Positions 45,087-57,224 of a stretch of DNA of 64,000 nucleotides are shown here, in pieces. A program made the position numbers and the translations under genes. Within the stretch, counting starts at the first letter, position 1, and each line of letters starts with the position of its first letter. Below the pieces are notes generated by a model. It worked only from the letters and a program-made list of their open reading frames with translations, was not told the DNA's origin and did no database searches. The stretch comes from Diplonema japonicum (Eukaryota > Protista > Euglenozoa: Diplonemea), in contig OZ025750.1 in NCBI GenBank assembly GCA_964019335.1, positions 1-64,000 of the forward strand, read 5' to 3'.

Positions 45087-46268
45087 ATGAGCATCACAGT
45101 GTTTGTGAAGACGAAAGCAGGGGTTCACGATGTGGAAGTGGCTGGGACAGAGACAGTGGGAAGCCTGTACAGGAAAGCGGTGCGTGCTGCTGGCTTGCTT
45201 GAAAGGATGTTCAAACTGGTTTGGGAGGGAAAGGTGCTGAGCAGGTTTGGGGATGAAGATGTTCAGGGGACCGAGCTCGTGGAGGGGGCTGTTGTCGATG
45301 TGGTTCCGGGCACAGTGGTAGGGCTGACTGAGTTGAAGGAGAGTCCTGAAGTGAAACTGGAGCTTGAAAGGCTTGTGGCGGCAGACCCCGAGCTGGTTCT
45401 TGAGGTCGATGTAGGTGATTCGACAGACAAGGTGGTGTGCATGAAGCTGATGGACCTCCCTTATGGACTTCAGGGCCTCGTTGTCACCGACTCCACAAAC
45501 CGCGTCAGGGACATCGGTGATGATTTTCTTTCTGGTAGCCTTTGCTCACTGGAGTCTCTCGATTTGAAGTTGGAGCTCAACACCATTGGTGACAACTTCC
45601 TTAAATTCCTTAGCTCGTCGTCTATTAGCTTCGGGGATGCTAGTTTCCTTAACAATGTTACTTCTATCGGCGGTGGCTTCTTGTCGGACTCAGAATTGCA
45701 AACCGTGGATTTGACATCATTCACCAACGTTACCTCAATTGGCAATTCCTTCCTGTCTAGATGCTCTGAATTGCAAACCGTGGATTTGACATCCTTCACC
45801 AACGTCACCACCATTGGCGATCGCTTCCTGTCTTCATGCTCTGGATTGCAAACTGTGGATTTGGCAGTCTTCACCAACGTTACCTCAATTGGCATTTACT
45901 TCTTGTATTCATGCTCTGGATTGCAAACTGTGGATTTGACATCCTTCACCAACGTTACCACCATATGCGATGGCTTCCTGTCTTCATGCTCTGGGTTGCA
46001 AACCGTGGATTTGACATCCTTCACCAACGTTGCCTCAATTGGCGATGGCTTCCTGTCTTCATGCTCTGGATTACAAGCTGTGGATTTAACATCCTTCACC
46101 AACGTCACCAGCATTGGCGATTACTTCCTGTCTTCATGCTCTGGATTACAAGCTGTGGATTTAACATCCTGCACCAACGTCACCAGCATTGGCGATTACT
46201 TCCTGTCTTCATGCTCTGGATTGCAAACCGTTGATTTAACATCTTTCACCAACGTAACCTCAATTGGT
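45087..46268 (+). pseudogene. Ubl-LRR gene interrupted at its 3' end
   Basis: Paralog of 18032 in the N-terminus; ~9 LRR units of the 1980/38340 type; abrupt switch to unrelated sequence at ~46269. Confidence 0.85.
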
Positions 46269-47986
46269 GGACACGGACAGCCCGACCAGCGCAACGAGTA
46301 GCGAAAGTAGTGGAGTGATACCACCTGAACCACCCAGGGCACTACAACAAAAAGACACAGGCAAGAAAACCGCTAGCACAGAACCAAAGATCCTCACCGT
46401 CAAGCGTCTTAACGACAAAACTGAAAAGGAGACCGGCCACACCAAAACTACGTGCAGCCATAAGGGAATGGTGCACTCCCGGCTGGCTCCAAGCAATTAT
46501 AAACGCGGCGAGAAAACCACGGGAAGTACCCACAAAGGCCCCTACACCTCCGACGAAGGAACAACCGACGGCAAGGCAGCCAACGCGTAGGGCAGCACAA
46601 CCGACGGAGGAACAAGGACCAGTGCCAAAGCCGCAGCAACCAGCGCAAGCTAACAAGGAACCGCAACAGCCAACACAAAGAACGGCAGCCACCACGCCGA
46701 CACCGAGCAAGGCCAGCAAGGAACCGCAGCCACAGAAACAACAAACGCTGACGTCAATAAGAACACTGTCGCCAAAAACTATAAAGCCGATGCCGACGGC
46801 ACTACCGCCAACAGCACACGACAGCCGGCACCACCAAGACCAACACGACATGAACAACAGGGCCCGTACAGGGCTACCAGACTGGCAACAGCCAACACCG
46901 ATAAGGACAGCACCAAACACACACGAACAACCACAACCGCCAGGTTGGTATACAAGGTACAACCAGGCAAGTTGGCAACATCCAAGCTGTCACCAGCCAA
47001 GGAATGATCAACCAAGTTGGCACCAACCATACAGACACCAACCAAGTTGGCAACAGCCAAGCTGGCAAGCAAAGCACGACCAGCCAAGATGGCACCGGCC
47101 AAAGAACGACCAACCAAGCCGGTACCAACCATACAAACAACAGACAAGCTGGCAGACAAACACGACCAACCAAGTACCACATCAAAGTCAGCTCCACCAC
47201 CGACACCACAGACAGCTGCAACTACAACCCGAACTAACGAGAAGAAAGAGCCTGCAGAAGCGAAAGCAAGAAGAACAAGCCCGTAAAGAAGATAAACCGA
47301 ATGAAGAAGAAAAAGACAAGCCAGAAGAAAAAACGAAAACACACACGCCGCAGAAAAAGGAGACAATAGTAAGAGAGGAAGACACCCCCCAGACTATACA
47401 CTCCTGCACTTCAACAAAAAGCCAAAAGACAACATCGAACGTTGCACTCAATGAAAGCTCAGCCGCCACAAGAATGGAGACACCTCGCACACCGCAAGCC
47501 ACGCCGACGACGGAGACACCTGAGCAAGTACACGAGGACAAAAATACACTCCCCACCAGCACCACCCCTATACCGGATACAACACAGGTGACAACACCCC
47601 CCAAGGAACAAACACCTGAACCAAAAGCGATGACACCTTTAGAGATAAACTTTACCGTAACGCCACTACCACTTACCACCAGCCCTCCAGAGGAAACTGC
47701 GAACCATGACGAAAATCTCCCTACGCCTGCACCAGTTCAAGCCCCCACACCCACAATGGCTCTTACTCCGGCCCATACCCCTACGCCTGCAATAACATCC
47801 ACCCCGCTACCCCCGAACCCCACCAACCTGGACAGCAACACGATCACGACGCCCCCAAGGAACAAATCCTATGACAGTACCCCTTCGAAGACTCCCTCAA
47901 AGAGCATAGTACACCTGGAAGTACACCACGTGAACATACACATACGGGGAGTCCTACAGAAAGGAGCACCTCAACGGTCAGTATAA
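46269..47986 (+). other. Low-complexity Q/P/T-rich ORF region with QPSW repeats, probably part of the adjacent mobile element
   Basis: Long A/C-rich open frames (46264-46590, 46622-47986); no domain recognised. Confidence 0.4.
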
Positions 47987-48045
47987 ATCCAATCTAAGAG
48001 AGGAACACAACCTGAACGCGAAAAACGACATCACCGCGAAGGGGG

Positions 48046-49390
48046 TCATTTATGCACTGGTGTGCCCTCTTCATATGCTCTTCTGATCTTGTTGTAGAGG
48101 GGTGTTAGGATGTGGTTTTCGTGGGGGAATCGCCCGTAGATCGTGGTGCGCCACGCGTGATATGTTTTAGCGAAGTCCCTGCTGCTGTATCCTCGGTCCA
48201 GGAGCCTGTACACGATCCGGTGTATTTCGTGTTGAAGGTCAGCCATGTTGTTCGTACATCTGCTGGCCCGGATCAGCGCGCCTTTAAATATTCCCTTCGC
48301 TTGTCCGCTGGGGGCTGTTGTTCTGGCGTGTGTGTACTTTGTTCCGTATGTCTTGTTGAGGAGCGACATGCGGATGTAGGGTTGCTTGTCGTCCCATCTT
48401 TGGACTCGGTACCTGCAGCCCAGGTATTCCACATCGTCTATGCCGGTGGAGGTTTCTTTGTACTCCATCTGGTACAGCTCCGGGGGTGGTGGCAGGGCCC
48501 CCAGGTCAGGAAGTCGTCGATGTACCTGGTTGTGTTTCGGTGCGCCTTCGCCTCGTCGATCTTCCCTTCTTCTATCAGACTATTGATGTAAGCCTTCTCG
48601 ATGCTGTAGCAGTAGAGGTTGGCGAGGTCAGGGCGTTTCCGCCCATCGGGAGTCCGGTGGAGGGTTTTTGGTGCAGGACTTCGTTTCCTACTTGCACGTA
48701 TGTGTTACGCACTGCGTGCTCCACCATCTTCTTCGCTTTCTTGTACAAGTCCGTTGTTTCTTGTCGGTTTCAAAACAGTACATCTTCGTCGTAAAGTTGT
48801 ACTGTTTTTTGATTCTTTGTCCCTTCTTCCTGACAAGCCTCGCCTTGTTCTCTTCGGTGTCCATGTAGTCGAACGCTTCATCTATCGCCGACTGGACTCC
48901 TTCGATGAGTGCGTCTTGGGGAAGCATCGTGTACATTGTTGAGAAGTCAAACTTTTGGTTTGGCCGTCTGTTTCCTCTCCTGCGGTGGTGCTGCTTTGTT
49001 TTTGGAGAGCTTTACAGTCTTCTCCCGTTGCAGGTGTCCTGGCCTGAGGATGTTGCACTGCGGTCGCAGGTGGTGTATCCAGAAGTTCTCGGCAGGCGAG
49101 GCGATGCGCCTGAATTCCTCTTCGCTGAGTCCTTCGTCGTCAACCGTCGGCATTCTTTCCAGCACGAACGGTGTAAGTGGTCTGGTCATTTTGCCCATAA
49201 GTAATCGGAGTTTGGTTGGATCGGTTTCGTTCTTTTGGCGTCCCCTTTGTCTCCAGTGCTGGGTTGCACGTTCCACGGCTGTGTTCTTTGTCTGCCCGAC
49301 ACAGACTATGCGGCCTTTGTCGTTGGCTAGTCCGCCCCCTCCTCCGGTCTCTCTTGACGCCGGTCCCGCGGCCCCCGTGCTGCGCTAAGG
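48046..49390 (-). mobile_element. Penelope-like reverse transcriptase, frameshifted
   Basis: Minus frames: ADK, FDFSTMYTMLP, GLPMGG..ANLYCYSIEK, RYIDD, YLG, thumb YTHARTTAP..GIFKGALIRASR; no GIY-YIG domain downstream. Confidence 0.82.
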
Positions 49391-50714
49391 GATCGCCCCG
49401 CGTGTGTGTGTGTGAAATGAAATGTTGTGTTTCCCACTTTCCATTCCCTCTTTCCCTATTCCTCTCATTGTTTCCCATTCCCCTTTCCTTTTTCACACTC
49501 ACCACAACAATGATTCGCCCAATAGAAGCAATACCTCCCTGGGGGGCTTTCCGCCGGAGGTTCCAGCCAAAGAAGGACATCCAGCTGGAAGGTAGGCCCC
49601 CGTTTTTCTCTCACTTGACTGAGGGAATAATGTAATTCAGCCCTCTTCGGCTGTCCCAAAGCAGAGCACGGGTTGGTGGGGGACCAGGGCTCCTCCTGCT
49701 TGCAGAAGCCTGGCCCTTCGCCCTCCCTATTTCCCCATGGTTTCCCTTCACCTTTGTTCCCTTTTTCAGGTGTTGCTCCCCATGGCGGCCCTGCATTGGT
49801 AGTTTGGAGAGAAAAAAAGAATTTTTGTATAGTACAAAGTAAGGCAAATCACCAAAAAAAAATTTATTACAAAAGAAAATTCCATATGTCGATCATTGGG
49901 CCCCGGACGCAAATAAATCCATTCCAGCCCTAGAAAAAGCAATTAGAAATTTTTTTGGTGATTTGCCTTACTTTAAATGTTTCCAACCTCCCTGTGGTGG
50001 TTCCTGGTAATTGTGGTTTGGAAAAACACAAGCGAAAGGGAAACTCTCGTTCTAAAGCCGTACACGTGGGGAAACCTGGACGGGGGTGGAGAGCCCACCC
50101 TACGCGTGGCGCCAGTTAGCATCGCCCTCAACGGAGAGTCCCTTATCCCATTACATCGAACAAGGAGGTGGCTTCACCAGGTCAGGCAAGTAGCCTCCCC
50201 GCGGCATCGTGCCAGTGAAGCAAGCCTCCCACAACTCTCCAGTAGGTGTTTAATTGCTTCTGTGGCCTCTCTCCCTATTTCAATTTCCAAGCTTTCTTTA
50301 CCTCTCCACTTTTACTTTCTACGGGACCACAGGGGACTTGGGAGGCTTCGGGGTGAAGTTTCACAAGGGTGGCCGCTGTGTCACATACTGCATGGCACCA
50401 CTAAAATCGAGACAACTTTTTTAGCTTCAAAATGCGGGTTCTGGTGGGTCACTTAACGAATATGGAGCGAAATAAAAAATAAAAAAAACAAAACAAAAAA
50501 AAAAAAACAAGGGAGTTCTTCTTTTACCGTTATTATTGTGTCTTTCTTTCTTTCTTTTTATTTCTCTTTTTTTTTCTCCCTGCTTTTCTTTCTTTCTTCA
50601 AGAAGCATTATTATTGTGTGCCTGTGGATTTACCATGTCAATTTTCTTCTTCTTCTTTTTGCTATGCTCAAAAAAAATAAAAACACACAAACACAGGAAA
50701 AGGGGAGGAAATAA

Positions 50715-51233
50715 ATGTCTACCACTTGGGTACTCATATTAAGTTCTGCTGCAATGGTAGCAGGGCAGACGCATGATGACGATGACAGGCTGTGCTGGGA
50801 CACGGAGAAGAAGCTTGCTGTGAAAACAGGAAACTGCACACATGGGTGCTGTGTGGATGGGGATTGCGGCGGTAAGAGCCAGTGCAATGCGGTCCATTAC
50901 ATAGGCATTGTCATCGGTGTGGGTGCTGCTGTGGCACTGTGCGTCTTCCTTGTGCTGGCCTTCTTGTGGTGGCGCAAGCTTTACTGCTTCAAGAATAGAC
51001 ACCTTCCCTCACAACAAGCCCCTGCCCTTGCCTACCCTTACAACCCAAATGCCTATCCAGAGCCGTACCCTATGCAGGGACAGCCTGTTTACCCTGTCGC
51101 TCAAGGTGGTTGTGCCCCTGCCCCGTACATCCCTCCCTTGGCTCATGGCAACACGATGCCACCACAGTATGGCGACCCGGTGCCCCCTGTGCAGCAGCAG
51201 CAGCAACAACAACAACAACAACAACAACAATAA
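50715..51233 (+). CDS. Small single-pass membrane protein (Cys-rich ectodomain, Pro/Tyr-rich tail, polyQ), Shisa/WBP1-like architecture
   Basis: Signal peptide, CTHGCCVDGDC, TM IGIVIGVGAAVALCVFLVLAFLWW, YP-rich tail, terminal polyQ. Confidence 0.8.
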   Translation: MSTTWVLILSSAAMVAGQTHDDDDRLCWDTEKKLAVKTGNCTHGCCVDGDCGGKSQCNAVHYIGIVIGVGAAVALCVFLVLAFLWWRKLYCFKNRHLPSQQAPALAYPYNPNAYPEPYPMQGQPVYPVAQGGCAPAPYIPPLAHGNTMPPQYGDPVPPVQQQQQQQQQQQQQ

Positions 51234-51599
51234 TATTTTATTATTCCCACCCTGCTCCGGACGGATAACTCTCGGAGTTCTGTAAAAGAAAAAAAAAAAA
51301 AGAAAAAAAAGAAGAATTGTCAAAATCTGGGTGTTTGTGGGGGGGTTTTGTCAGTGCTTGCAGCTATTTTTTTAAAGCACGTGCAATTCCGCGCCTCTTT
51401 ATACATTTAGCTTTCTTGCTAAAAGGTAGTGGGTGTGCACGAGCCAAAAAAAAAGAAAAAAAGAATACTGTGTTTCAATAAATTTCACGGTAATGGTCAG
51501 AAAAGAATCAAAAAAAAGACCATCCCCCCCCCCCCCCCCCCCCCTCCCCCAAGCTTTTTCGATCAGTACTGTATTCCCGGCAAAGGAAAAAAAAAAAAG

Positions 51600-51727
51600 A
51601 AAATAATAGCTATTTACTGCCAACAAGTAATGCCTTTGCTGTCTACGGGCCCTCGATGGTAAAATGCGGAACCGAGAGGACGGTAAAGGTAAAGCATTAC
51701 TTGGCGGTAGGTAAGTGGTTTTATTTC
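51600..51727. repeat. Short imperfect foldback
   Basis: ACTGCCAACAAGTAATGCCTTTGCTGTC pairs with GACGGTAAAGGTAAAGCATTACTTGGCGGT. Confidence 0.5.
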
Positions 51728-53055
51728 ATGACACTCTGAAATTACTTCACCACGAGGGGCACAACAGGGTGACAAGGGGTACAACAAGAGAGGGGTTACA
51801 AAGGTTACAATACAAAATTGTGCCCTGTCACCATCTCTAATCAGGCCTTCTCATACCGCTTCGAGAAATGTAATATGTAACTGGGAACAAGGCCTAGCCA
51901 AAAGTGGGCAAATTTGGGAGGAAGAAATAGTCCAACTTGGAACTGAATCGAGGCAAAAATTGGCCCACTGAGGCCTATTGTTTACCGGAAACCCCTATTA
52001 CTTCACGGAAAACAGGCCATTATTTCTCCATGAAATAATGAGATTTAGCGTTGAAGTAATGGGCCCCCGAGAACGTGAAGTATTTTCAGAAGAGTGAAAT
52101 AAAAAAAAAAAACCTTTGCTAAGCTAGCCACCAATGCTTTCTCTCTTTAGTTTTTCTTTTTCTTTTCTTTTTTTTGGGGGGGGGTGAGGTATGGCTTCGG
52201 GACTGGGCAGTGGTCACCTGCTGTGAGGTTATTAACAGTGTTTAGGAAGCAGAGCTAAGCAACACTGACTGCATGCAAAGGTGTTCGAGCCAAGCCACCA
52301 CCCCGCACCCAATTGCTAGATGCAGATATCCAGTGGATAAGAACGGGGGGGGGGGCGTGTCACGAAGGCTCCTTTACCTCAAAAAAAATTCTTTTTTTTT
52401 TTTTGAGCTGTATGTTGTTCCTCTTTTTTTTTCTTTTTTTTTTTTTTTTTTTGTTAGCTTAAAACCATGACACAAGTATATGGTCAAATATACCGATATC
52501 CAGTAAGGAAAAAAAAAGAAAGAAAAAGAATGAATGTGTCAGAATGGTTAACAACACAGCGACACACGGGACAGAGTGGTGTTATAACAATGGCAAAAGA
52601 GAAAAAAAAAAAGAAAGGATAAAAGGAAATATGAAATAACGCCCCTTTTTCTTAAGTGAATGAGGGAGGAAAAAAGAAGGGGGGGGGAAAAAAAGAGCAC
52701 AATCTGTCTTTTTTTCCCCCCCTCTTTTTCTCTTCCCCCCCCCACCCCCTTTTTCTTTTTGAACAAAGAAAAAGAACTTTTTAAAAAGGAGCAGTATTTT
52801 TAGCGGGGCCGTTGCTATATTCATAGTGAATTTTTTTTACCCGTTCTACAGGACAACAAAGCAACAAAACCGCCAGATCTTTTTTTAAAAAAAAAGAAAA
52901 AAAAAAAAAAAAACTCCCCCTGAAGAAAAAAAAAAAAAAACCGACCCATTTCTCCCTTCTCCACCTGGTGTGTTTATAAAGTCTTTTTTTTCAAAAAAAA
53001 AAAAAAAAAAAACCAAAAAAAAAAAGGGGGGAGGGGGTGCGGGGGGGGACAAAAC

Positions 53056-55245
53056 ATGAAGCCGTTGCACGGTTACCCGCCCTTCCGCTGGGTGATGCGC
53101 CCCGAGGACACGCAGCAAGAAAATTTCAACAAGATCATAATTCTGTTGTGGTTCGTAGTGTCTACGCCGCTGGCCTTGGCAAGCTTCACGAATGTCAACA
53201 GAACACCTGTTGTCGCGCTGATGTCAGGCGGTATCACACTGGCATATGATGCGGTGCTGCTCGCAGAGATACTCGCCCGACAGGCCCGTCCTCTCTCGCT
53301 AGAGATTGCGTTATACTTATTCTTATTAGCTGTCATTTTGGATAGCTACCAGACAGCAACGGTTTTCGCTAACTTCCTAAACTGGTTTCACATTTTATTT
53401 ATCGCCATCCTCTGCCCCGTTCTGCAGCTTCCCAGCAGAGTCTTGAAGACCATCGTCATCACGTGGCTCTTCTGGATTACAATCCGCTTCTTGGAATTGA
53501 TATTCCGATTTGGGCTTCTCTCTGCCCCGTTCGCCACGTCACAGGGTGAAAGACGAGATTACATCCGATTTCTTGCACATTGCAGTGAATTGCCCTGTGT
53601 GGACCCCATGGTGGCGGTCAGCTACCTGGTCAGGGATGGTGTCATCTTTCTTGGCTGTTTGTTTTCCGTGCAGTACTTTGCGAACAGCCTGGCTAACGAG
53701 AAGGAAAGAATGGATAATGTTATAAGAACGGCGGAGCACATTGCCGACTCACTCTCGAAGTTCGATCTTGCACAAGCTGAGGCCTTCCTCGGAGAGACTG
53801 AACTCCCGGATCCTTTGCACGCTGCGTACGGCAGGGTCCTGTCCAACCTGCGAAGCTACCGTCCTTACCTCCCAGAGGCGCTGTTTTCGGAGACAGGGTC
53901 GAGCCTTGACTCTATTAACACGGATGAACAACAACTGCTTCGTGAAGTCCCTGCTCCCGGCCTTGTGTCGCAGCGTGTGGCGATGGTGTTCACTGACATC
54001 CAGGGGTCGACAGCTACATGGGAAGCATGCCCCGACGGAATGAAAAAAGGGCTTCGTGTCCACAACAAGGTAATGCGGGAATGTGCCGTGGCGTGGAACG
54101 GGTACGAGGTGAAAACCATCGGGGACGCCTTCATGGTCGCCTTCGAACGAACCTGCGACGCTGTGTCCTTCTCCCTGTCCGTTCAGGAAGGCCTTGTCCG
54201 AGCAACATGGCCTTCGGATCTTCTCCAGCTAGACCATTGCGCTTACGACGACGACGGCCCTTGGTGCGGGCTCCGAGTTAGGATTGGTATCCACTGTGGT
54301 GAAGTTGACATACAGCTGAATTCCTTGACAGGTAGGTACGACTACTTCGGGAACACTGTGAACAAGACAGCCCGCATGGAAGGCGCGTGCATTGGTGGAG
54401 CTGTAGCCGTGACACCTGAAGTGATGGACGAGCTCCGTGAGCGGGAAGAAGTGGATGTTTTGGACGCCGTCGTGATCTCAATGGGATCCACAAAGTTCAA
54501 GGGAATCGAGCAACACGTAAGGCCATTCCTTCTCCTCCCACTCTCACTTCTAGACAGACGCACCTTTATCGAGTCACAGCTCCTCCTCAGCAAAGAAGAA
54601 CGCAAGCTCATGGTACGCGACAGTATATCAAACAGCGTGTCCCTCCAAAACCCAGCAGCACTGAAAACATCTGCTTTGTCGACTGTGTGTAAAGTAGAGG
54701 TGGACCTCTGCACTGGGGATAGCTTCGAAGTGACTCATATGTTAAACGAACTTCTTGCAAAGGTGACGCTTTGTGTAGAACGAACGCACGGTGTGGTGAT
54801 CTCCCTCCAAGGGAGCAGAATTGCACTTGGATGGAACGCTTCGCGGCCCTGCTCCTCCCACATGGAAAGCGCCTTCACCTTTGTAAAAATGTTGTATCAT
54901 GCTTATGGGGATGGGGATGTGGAGGAAGTACATCTAGGGATGTCGAGCAGCCTCGTGCACCATGGAACGATTGGTGGAGGGAGCCAGCGATTTGTTGCGG
55001 TTGTGGGGAGCTGTCTTGGGGTGAGCGATGCCCTGTGCACGATGGGGATGCAGAGGGGGCTGTACTGCTTGTATGGGTCGTCGACATCTTCTGTTGGCCC
55101 CTTCCCACGTGTTCCTGGTGTGGAGTTGCAAGAGTACCCTGGTATGGGGAGCTTGAGGGCTCACAGGGTGATCGTCTCGACTGTTCCAGCAAGCCACCGC
55201 AACCCTCTCTGTCCCGGCATAGTCCGGTCAAGCGAATTCCCATAG
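53056..55245 (+). CDS. Multi-pass membrane class III adenylate cyclase with probable degenerate second cyclase domain
   Basis: N-terminal TM helices; VFTDIQGST, YEVKTIGDAFM, RVRIGIH, YDYFGNTVNKTARME (Lys/Asp pair indicates ATP specificity). Confidence 0.92.
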   Translation: MKPLHGYPPFRWVMRPEDTQQENFNKIIILLWFVVSTPLALASFTNVNRTPVVALMSGGITLAYDAVLLAEILARQARPLSLEIALYLFLLAVILDSYQTATVFANFLNWFHILFIAILCPVLQLPSRVLKTIVITWLFWITIRFLELIFRFGLLSAPFATSQGERRDYIRFLAHCSELPCVDPMVAVSYLVRDGVIFLGCLFSVQYFANSLANEKERMDNVIRTAEHIADSLSKFDLAQAEAFLGETELPDPLHAAYGRVLSNLRSYRPYLPEALFSETGSSLDSINTDEQQLLREVPAPGLVSQRVAMVFTDIQGSTATWEACPDGMKKGLRVHNKVMRECAVAWNGYEVKTIGDAFMVAFERTCDAVSFSLSVQEGLVRATWPSDLLQLDHCAYDDDGPWCGLRVRIGIHCGEVDIQLNSLTGRYDYFGNTVNKTARMEGACIGGAVAVTPEVMDELREREEVDVLDAVVISMGSTKFKGIEQHVRPFLLLPLSLLDRRTFIESQLLLSKEERKLMVRDSISNSVSLQNPAALKTSALSTVCKVEVDLCTGDSFEVTHMLNELLAKVTLCVERTHGVVISLQGSRIALGWNASRPCSSHMESAFTFVKMLYHAYGDGDVEEVHLGMSSSLVHHGTIGGGSQRFVAVVGSCLGVSDALCTMGMQRGLYCLYGSSTSSVGPFPRVPGVELQEYPGMGSLRAHRVIVSTVPASHRNPLCPGIVRSSEFP

Positions 55246-55773
55246 TTCCCTTATGGCCACCTTGGGTTTTTTTTTTTTTTTTTTTAGCGCTGGCAATTTT
55301 TTCTGTGTGGGTGGTAAAAGTTTTCGTATGCAGTATTTATTCACCTTTTTTTTTTTACTTTTTTTTTTTTTTTTTTTTTTTTTGTTCCCGCTTGCAATAT
55401 CATTTTTTTTTTTTTTTCAAACCACCTTTTTTTTTTTTTCCCCTCATTTATTTTTCTCTTCTGTCAACAAAGCGAGCATTATGCAGAAAAACCGTGTTGA
55501 ATGCTCCTCACTACATCTCCTTGACCACGGCAAAGCACCGGACAGCTAAAGAAATGCAAGGTGATCGTAAGCGGGACGAGCTGCGACCCAGTTTCATAAA
55601 GACCTCCTTTAACTCTATATGTAATCTCTTTTTTTTCTCCCCTGTTATTTGTTATTTGTTTTGTTATGGACCCAACAATCTCTCTTTTCAATGTTCTTAA
55701 AAAAAGAAAAGAAAAAAAAAAGAAGGTCGGGGAACAAACGGCCTTCTTCTTTTTTTTTTTTTTTTTTTTTTTT

Positions 55774-56320
55774 GGGAGTACACGAAGGAGGTGCTGAGGT
55801 GGATGCGGCAACTGCGCTGGTATGCAGGCAGCAGAAACACGTCAGTGTCGACGGTGGAGCTGGCACTGGATTTCGAGAACGTGACCGGGAAGACCCTTGG
55901 AGGGAAGCTGGGGGATCTCGCAGAAGTACAGCAGAAAGCGAGGAGATTGCATGGACTGATGAAGAAGATCTGGCACACATGGGAGCTAGGGAGGGTACTG
56001 AAGAAGGTGAAAGGAAGGAGGGCCTTCCCAGCTGAGCCGAGCACAAGGGTGCACACACTACGATCCATCGGGAGGACAAAGGCGGTGATCGGATGGAACA
56101 GGAGGGCGATATTTGCATCACCGAAGACCAAGCATGACCTAGAGGCATTGAAAGGACAATGGGCGAGAGAACGAAGAGAAAGAGCGGCCAGGCTGGGGAG
56201 AAGGCCGGCAAGACCACCAAAGGAGGAGAACCCGCTGCTGAAAGGGGATAGGTGCAGGTAGAAGATGAGAACAAGGGGGCGTCTCACAAAGACTTCCTTT
56301 AACTCATATATATTTTTTTT
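55774..56320 (+). mobile_element. 5'-truncated LINE copy, near-identical to 11536-12080
   Basis: Only a few substitutions; T-tracts on both sides. Confidence 0.92.
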
Positions 56321-57224
56321 GCATAGACCACGTCCCAACGACGGAAGTACCACGCACACAAGGGTTCAGGTGTGACCTGTGTGAGTCACCACACCCGGAC
56401 ACGGTAACCTTACTCCGCCATCAGCTTTACGAGTGTGCCTGCGCACGGGACGAGCTGGCACAGGACGGTTTGGAACCGCTGCGCGACAGGACGGGATGGC
56501 CCCTGTGTCTTGAGCTACACGCAATACTGCCGAGAGGACATGCCTTTGCATACCTGGAAAAACTGCAACGATACTTGGCCGTGGTGGTTGAGAAGCGGGA
56601 CGTGGAGCTCGTGCAGAAGGAGGACGTCAACACACAGCCGCTACCGTGGGAACGAAATGTAGTAGGAAAGAGATGCCCCGTTCCGATAGCAGGCGAGCTC
56701 GAGGGAGTGGGTGGGGTCCTGTCCCAGTACCTGAACCCGCTGCTACAATGGTTGTCACAGCTGCGCTGGGTGGAGAAGGACACCGCCTCGGAGGTGTCGG
56801 CGGTGGAGCTAGCCATTGACTTCGAATGGACGACCGGTAAATCATTAGGAGGCCTGCTGGAAGATAGGGCACGCAGAATCAAGGCCCTAATCGTAAAGAT
56901 AAACGCAGCGTGCAGGGCACGGAAGAAGCGACGCCCCTTCCCAGCGGATGAGCAGAAAAGGGTGAAATCCCTCATCGCCATAGGAGGAAAGGCAGCTATA
57001 GGCTTCTCCAGGAGGCCCATTTTTGCTACCCAGTCCACGCACGACAAGCTGATGGATTTGAAGGCCGCCTACAAGCGGGATCGCATCACACGACTCCGCA
57101 AGACGCTCGCAGCCACAATCGGGATGAAAGCAATGCTCCAGAAGGGGAGTATTAACAGATAGACCCCCCCCTCCCATAGGGCGGCCCTCTAGCGGGGGGC
57201 TTGTCCTGTACTTTGAGTTTTTTT
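56321..57224 (+). mobile_element. 5'-truncated family 1 LINE copy, apparently identical to 29462-30368
   Basis: Identical translated ORFs in the track; begins directly at the T tail of the preceding element. Confidence 0.93.
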
